Positions 39,848 to 44,476 of a DNA stretch of 44,476 bases are shown one piece after another. The position numbers and the translations under genes were made by a program. Within the stretch, counting starts at the first letter, position 1. The number at the start of each line of letters is the position of its first letter. Origin of the DNA: Conidiobolus incongruus B7586 (taxonomy: Eukaryota); the NCBI GenBank assembly GCA_000697335.1, contig JNEM01013920.1:1-44476 (forward strand), written 5' to 3'. Under the pieces are notes generated by a model, which did not search any database, was not told where the DNA came from, and saw only the letters and a list, made by a program, of their open reading frames with translations.

Positions 39848-41705
39848 TTAATGAACGATATCATACAGAGAAGCAAGATGATCTCTAGCATCTTTTCTTC
39901 TTTTACCTTCGAGCATTGCTATAGATTCAGCATAAGATTTCGGAATTACTTTGGGGATTTCTTTACCAGAAGACTTGAAAGTATAGTGGAATGTATTAGT
40001 AATTCCTAAATTTTTGAGATCTGGAGCAATGACAGTAGCTTCAACCTAATAATTAAGATTAATATTGTGAGCTTTTAGTTGAATAACTATAAATTTACAG
40101 CAACTTGGAAAACTGTTTCGGGGTGGCCTTTAGAATAAGTAACTCTAGAGGATAATTTCAAAATTGATCCCACTGGCACAGATTGTCTAAATACGATTTC
40201 ATTAGCGCCTAAAAAGATGGGAATATCCTTGGCAAAAGTGTAAGCATTGATCCAAGCGAGCTAAATCGAATAATTAGAAATTATTAAGCGTGATTACTTA
40301 GAAAATAAGTTATCGGCTTACCTCAAATGACTCTCTCATTAAAAAGCCTCCAAACATGAATCCATAGATATTACGGTTCTATAGATGTCAAAGAGTTATA
40401 AGTTGATCGAAATAGATAATATGTTTTAGATTTACCTGAGGATTACACATTATAGAAGAATCGATGACAGTTTCTCGCATAAACTTAACATTAGGTGGTT
40501 TATATTCTAATGATGCTGTTAATAACTATTGGTTATATAATAAAAATTCAATAACCTTCATATTTCAAAGTTTCCAAAAACTGATCATGAATGATCAACC
40601 TCTCCTGACTTGTGGGAGGATTCTTGTTCAGAGACATCATCTTAAGCTGCTTCTTCTTTTCTTTACTGATTTCACCCAATTTCATTAATTTTTTCTCTAC
40701 CTCGGTTTCCACCTTCAAAGGATTGATTTGACTTGGTTTTCCGCTGAATTTGTCAATTGCTACAATGGTAAAGGTAGCTAATATATTGTATGGTCTTTTG
40801 CTTTCTTCAGAAATTAAAGATGGGTGGATATCCTCTTCACCATCTTCATAAGGTTCCACTTTAATCATGACTAAACTAATATTAAATAATATGAGCTTGG
40901 TATTGTGAGTGATATTTACCTTCAGCAGAACTGAAACCAACGTAACTAACATGACCTGAAATAAAAAAGTGAATTTGTATAAATTCTAATGACAAAAGGA
41001 AATATTAAAGTACCATATATTCTATAATTCTTCTTAACGTCCAATTCTTTTACCAAGTCCAAACGATCAACCGAAGCAGTAACCAAATAATATGGCGATT
41101 TTTCGACGTCTTGAATATTACAATGCTTATAAACGATAGCGCATGCTACAGTATCTAAGTCTATTACAGGTTTAAATAAATAATCATATCCAACTATGGT
41201 TCAATTAGATATTTACCCTCCATAATCTTTCCAACCCTATTCATGATAAAATGTGAATTTGATGAATTATGTACAATTAGCTAACAAACTTACCTTAAGA
41301 CACCAAAATAGTTCTCATACTGACCCAAAAGAAGATGGTCAGTCTTAAAAGGTAAGAGAAGCTGAAGGTAGGAATCTAACATGCTTTTGACTTCCAATTT
41401 GGGTTGGATCACTTGAATCGAATTAATCTTCTCACCTCTGTTCCAGGGTTGAGTGGCTTTCAAGCTCATGTAAAGGTCTGAAAAATTGTATTAATAATGA
41501 GTATTTATATGAAATATATTGACTTACTTTTTTCTTTACCATGAGGAATCATATCAACTGTAGGATCCAATTCCTTCTCACTCGTGTAAGCTCTGATCAC
41601 ATTGTTCAAAGAGTTTTGAACAGGTCTAACAAATTTTAAAAACTTACCATTAAATAGTGATTTAGGTATAGTTTTGTTAACCGATCTTAAATAATGAGTT
41701 ATCAT
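39848..41705 (-). CDS. Double-hotdog acyl-CoA thioesterase (ACOT9-like, probably mitochondrial); 10 exons: 41705-41528, 41477-41294, 41236-41217, 41160-41014, 40955-40920, 40870-40556, 40515-40436, 40378-40322, 40260-40099, 40045-39848 (458 aa)
   Basis: The spliced frame gives RVGKIMEDLD...VTASVDRLD...GHVSYVGFSSAEV, PQNRNIYGFMFGGFLMRESFELAW, TNTFHYTF and VIPKSYAESIAMLEGKRR. The N-terminus is basic and presequence-like. Confidence 0.9.
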
Positions 41706-44476
41706 TGCAACTTATCTTTGAAAAATGATTTAGTATTCAATTAATTGGAATGAGTGGTGTTTAATGATAATCAGATCAATTCAATGACATAATGTGACTT
41801 TGAGTATTTTAAATACCAATTTAAATTTGGATTAAATTATTTTCCGACCATTTTATTATAAATATTATTTGATAATGACTTAATTTTTTATAATATTATC
41901 CATTTAGATTTTGAATATAGAATTTTTAAAAATATAATTTAAATAAAATACTAATAGAAATTGTTTGATATAAAGTCAATTTTGAATTATTTACTGCTAT
42001 ATTATCAATAAATCAATCTTATTATGGTGATACGATATTTCAAGAAAGTTTCTAGGTTATATAACAATGATTTATAAGCTATCAAATGTTCTCTTTCACT
42101 TTATTCTGTTATGGGATATATTCAAATTAAAAGTAATATATGCTTCTGATTAGTACTGGTACTGAACCATGATAAAAACAAACTTGCATATTTAATAAAA
42201 TTAAAGTATTATAGTTACTATTTTTTATATTTTAATATTTTAATATTAATTATTTAGCATGGTTAAATGAAATAATAAAATATTACACTAGAATATTATT
42301 CCCAGAATTTTTAATAATATTTTTCCAAGTATTTTCCTAGAGAAGAATTTTATGATTAACTAATATAAATAATAATTGTCTTTTAGTTTAGATCCAATAC
42401 ACTTAACCTATATTTTAAATTTGGTGCATAAATATATATAATGACTTTTTAGTAGTTTTGTTAATAAAATAAATTTTAGGGTTTTTAATAAAAAATTAAT
42501 TAGCTATGATTTAATATGAAATATAAAAGATTATTAAATATATTAATAAACCAAGTCATTTTTATCATTATCAAAATGGTTATTTTGAAAATATTTTCAT
42601 ATATTCAACAACATAGTGTAATCAACTGAGGCTCAAATTAATTGTAAAATCTGTATAATGAAATATATTAAATAATTTCGTAGTAATATTGAATTTATTC
42701 GCTCAAATTACGAATTTTATTTAGTAATAAATAAAATAATAACTGGTTTTGAAGCTGATAATTTTCAATAAATTGAACAATAAATAATTGGATAAAAATA
42801 TTTAATATGAATTTTTATATTAAATTGTAAATTAAGTAGCGATCATTTAAAAAAAATTATGATTTTAATTATTATAAAACTATTTAATTTTTTAAAAAGA
42901 ATAATGTTTCTAATTATTTTTTGAAATTAATTTTCAAATAAAGACAAAAATTCAATGTGTTCAAGTGTTAAAATTTGCAAATTTTAAATAAAATTCCAAG
43001 TAGATCATCATATTATAATCTTTAATTCAAATTATCAGTAAACAATAAGCTCTATGATATCATTAATTTGGCATTTCTTATATTTTGTATTTCATAATCT
43101 ATATCAAAATATATATTTTTTAATTTAAACAATATATTTTCAAGCATCAAAAAATCATTTATTTTTATGTTTAATAGCATTATTCATAAATTGATTCTAA
43201 AAAAATTCTAAATTTGGTTATAATTTTAGGGACATCTGGCCAATAGTATTTGAATATATTTGAACAAAGTACCTCTATTATTTATAGTTTATTCAGAGTT
43301 TCAACAATTAGTAATAGTAATTAGATATATGATATACACTATTATTCTGACATGAATATTTTCCTTAATAATCAATTATTTTTGTCAAATATATAAATAA
43401 AATTGTGAAACTAGTGAAATTTTCATACAAACTATATTTTAAAACATATTCAAAATAGATGTGAAATAATTTATTATTATATATATCAAATAAAATATAT
43501 TAAATTTAAATCATTTTTTATTGTCTTTGCTTCATATATTAAAATTAAAAATACCTTTTTATATTTGTATTTAATTATATAGAAGGATATCAAATTGAAA
43601 ATCACAAAATAATTAATTATAATAATTTATTACTATTACCGTTATTTATTCAATTTTAAATTATAATCATTAGTTTATTTATACTATTATAGCTTAATAA
43701 TTAAAAAAATCAATAAATGATAAATATAAACCTTTGAAAATTTTATAATGGGAAACTACAATTTATATTAATTATTTTTTGATTATTTTATTTTATTTAT
43801 CAATAAAACTATAGTTAAACTATTTTAATAATTTTATTTTTATTTTAGACTTTTCATTTATTATTAGTAGTTTCTAATATTAATCAGATTTAAATATTTT
43901 TATTCAAATCTTATATAAAATCCAAAGACTCCAAGAGGTACATCCTAATAGCAACCTTGGAAGACTTGTTTGATTAACAATTAATCAATAAAGAAGTATG
44001 TTTTTACTAATATTGATATTCACAAGGGAGTAAACACACCTATTGGAAGGAATTTTATAAAAAGGTAAAAAATATCAAACACACTCCTTAAAACCTTAAT
44101 AAAATAAAAAAATAAATTTAAAGTTAGTAAAATAAAGGATGGTATTTGTTTAAGAAAGTTAGAAGGTTTAAATATTTCAAACTTATTAAAAAAGATTATA
44201 ATATGAAATTTTTAAAATATCATAAGTTCTTGGGATTAGGGTTTAAAATATTCCTATCAATATCTTAATATATTTTGACATTATATTAAAGATATTTGAA
44301 AACCTTATTTAATTTATTATATATATATACATACTAATATTAATATCTATTATATAATATAATTATATGGTATTTATTATAGGAAACTATTTTAAATATT
44401 TTTATATTTTTTCTATTTAATAAATAAAAATATATTTATATATGTATTATGAAATTACTATTTTTTTATATTATAA

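Noticed and set aside
43920..44260. CpG-free, GC-richer coding-like patch near the window end (similar unassigned DNA at 3230-4800)
   Set aside because: Probably further mutated repeat debris, but I could not identify any motif or termini.

Overview
Very AT-rich eukaryotic genomic DNA with short GT-AG introns. It is fungal, and the ATP2 sequence and gene style suggest an early-diverging lineage (inference only). Host genes: mitochondrial ATP synthase beta (ATP2, 3 exons), an intronless C4 zinc-finger orphan ORF, three tandem MDR/enoyl-reductase-like paralogs (one intact, one pseudogene, one with ATA at the start position), prohibitin PHB2 (4 exons) and a double-hotdog acyl-CoA thioesterase (10 exons). 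Between them lie dead transposons that the ORF track misses: two Tc1-type elements, four mariner (DD34D) elements of two subfamilies, an internally deleted chromodomain-bearing Ty3/gypsy element with both LTRs and a 5-bp TSD, a solo LTR and a probable Helitron 3' end. The main signal is that the Tc1, mariner and LTR elements are full of C>T/G>A transitions on both strands, have few indels and show no CpG by eye. This looks like repeat-directed, RIP-like hypermutation with broad dinucleotide context, and it may have touched one host paralog. A perfect Nextera/Tn5 mosaic-end adapter at 1552-1570 marks a probable assembly artefact. All alignments and translations were done by eye.
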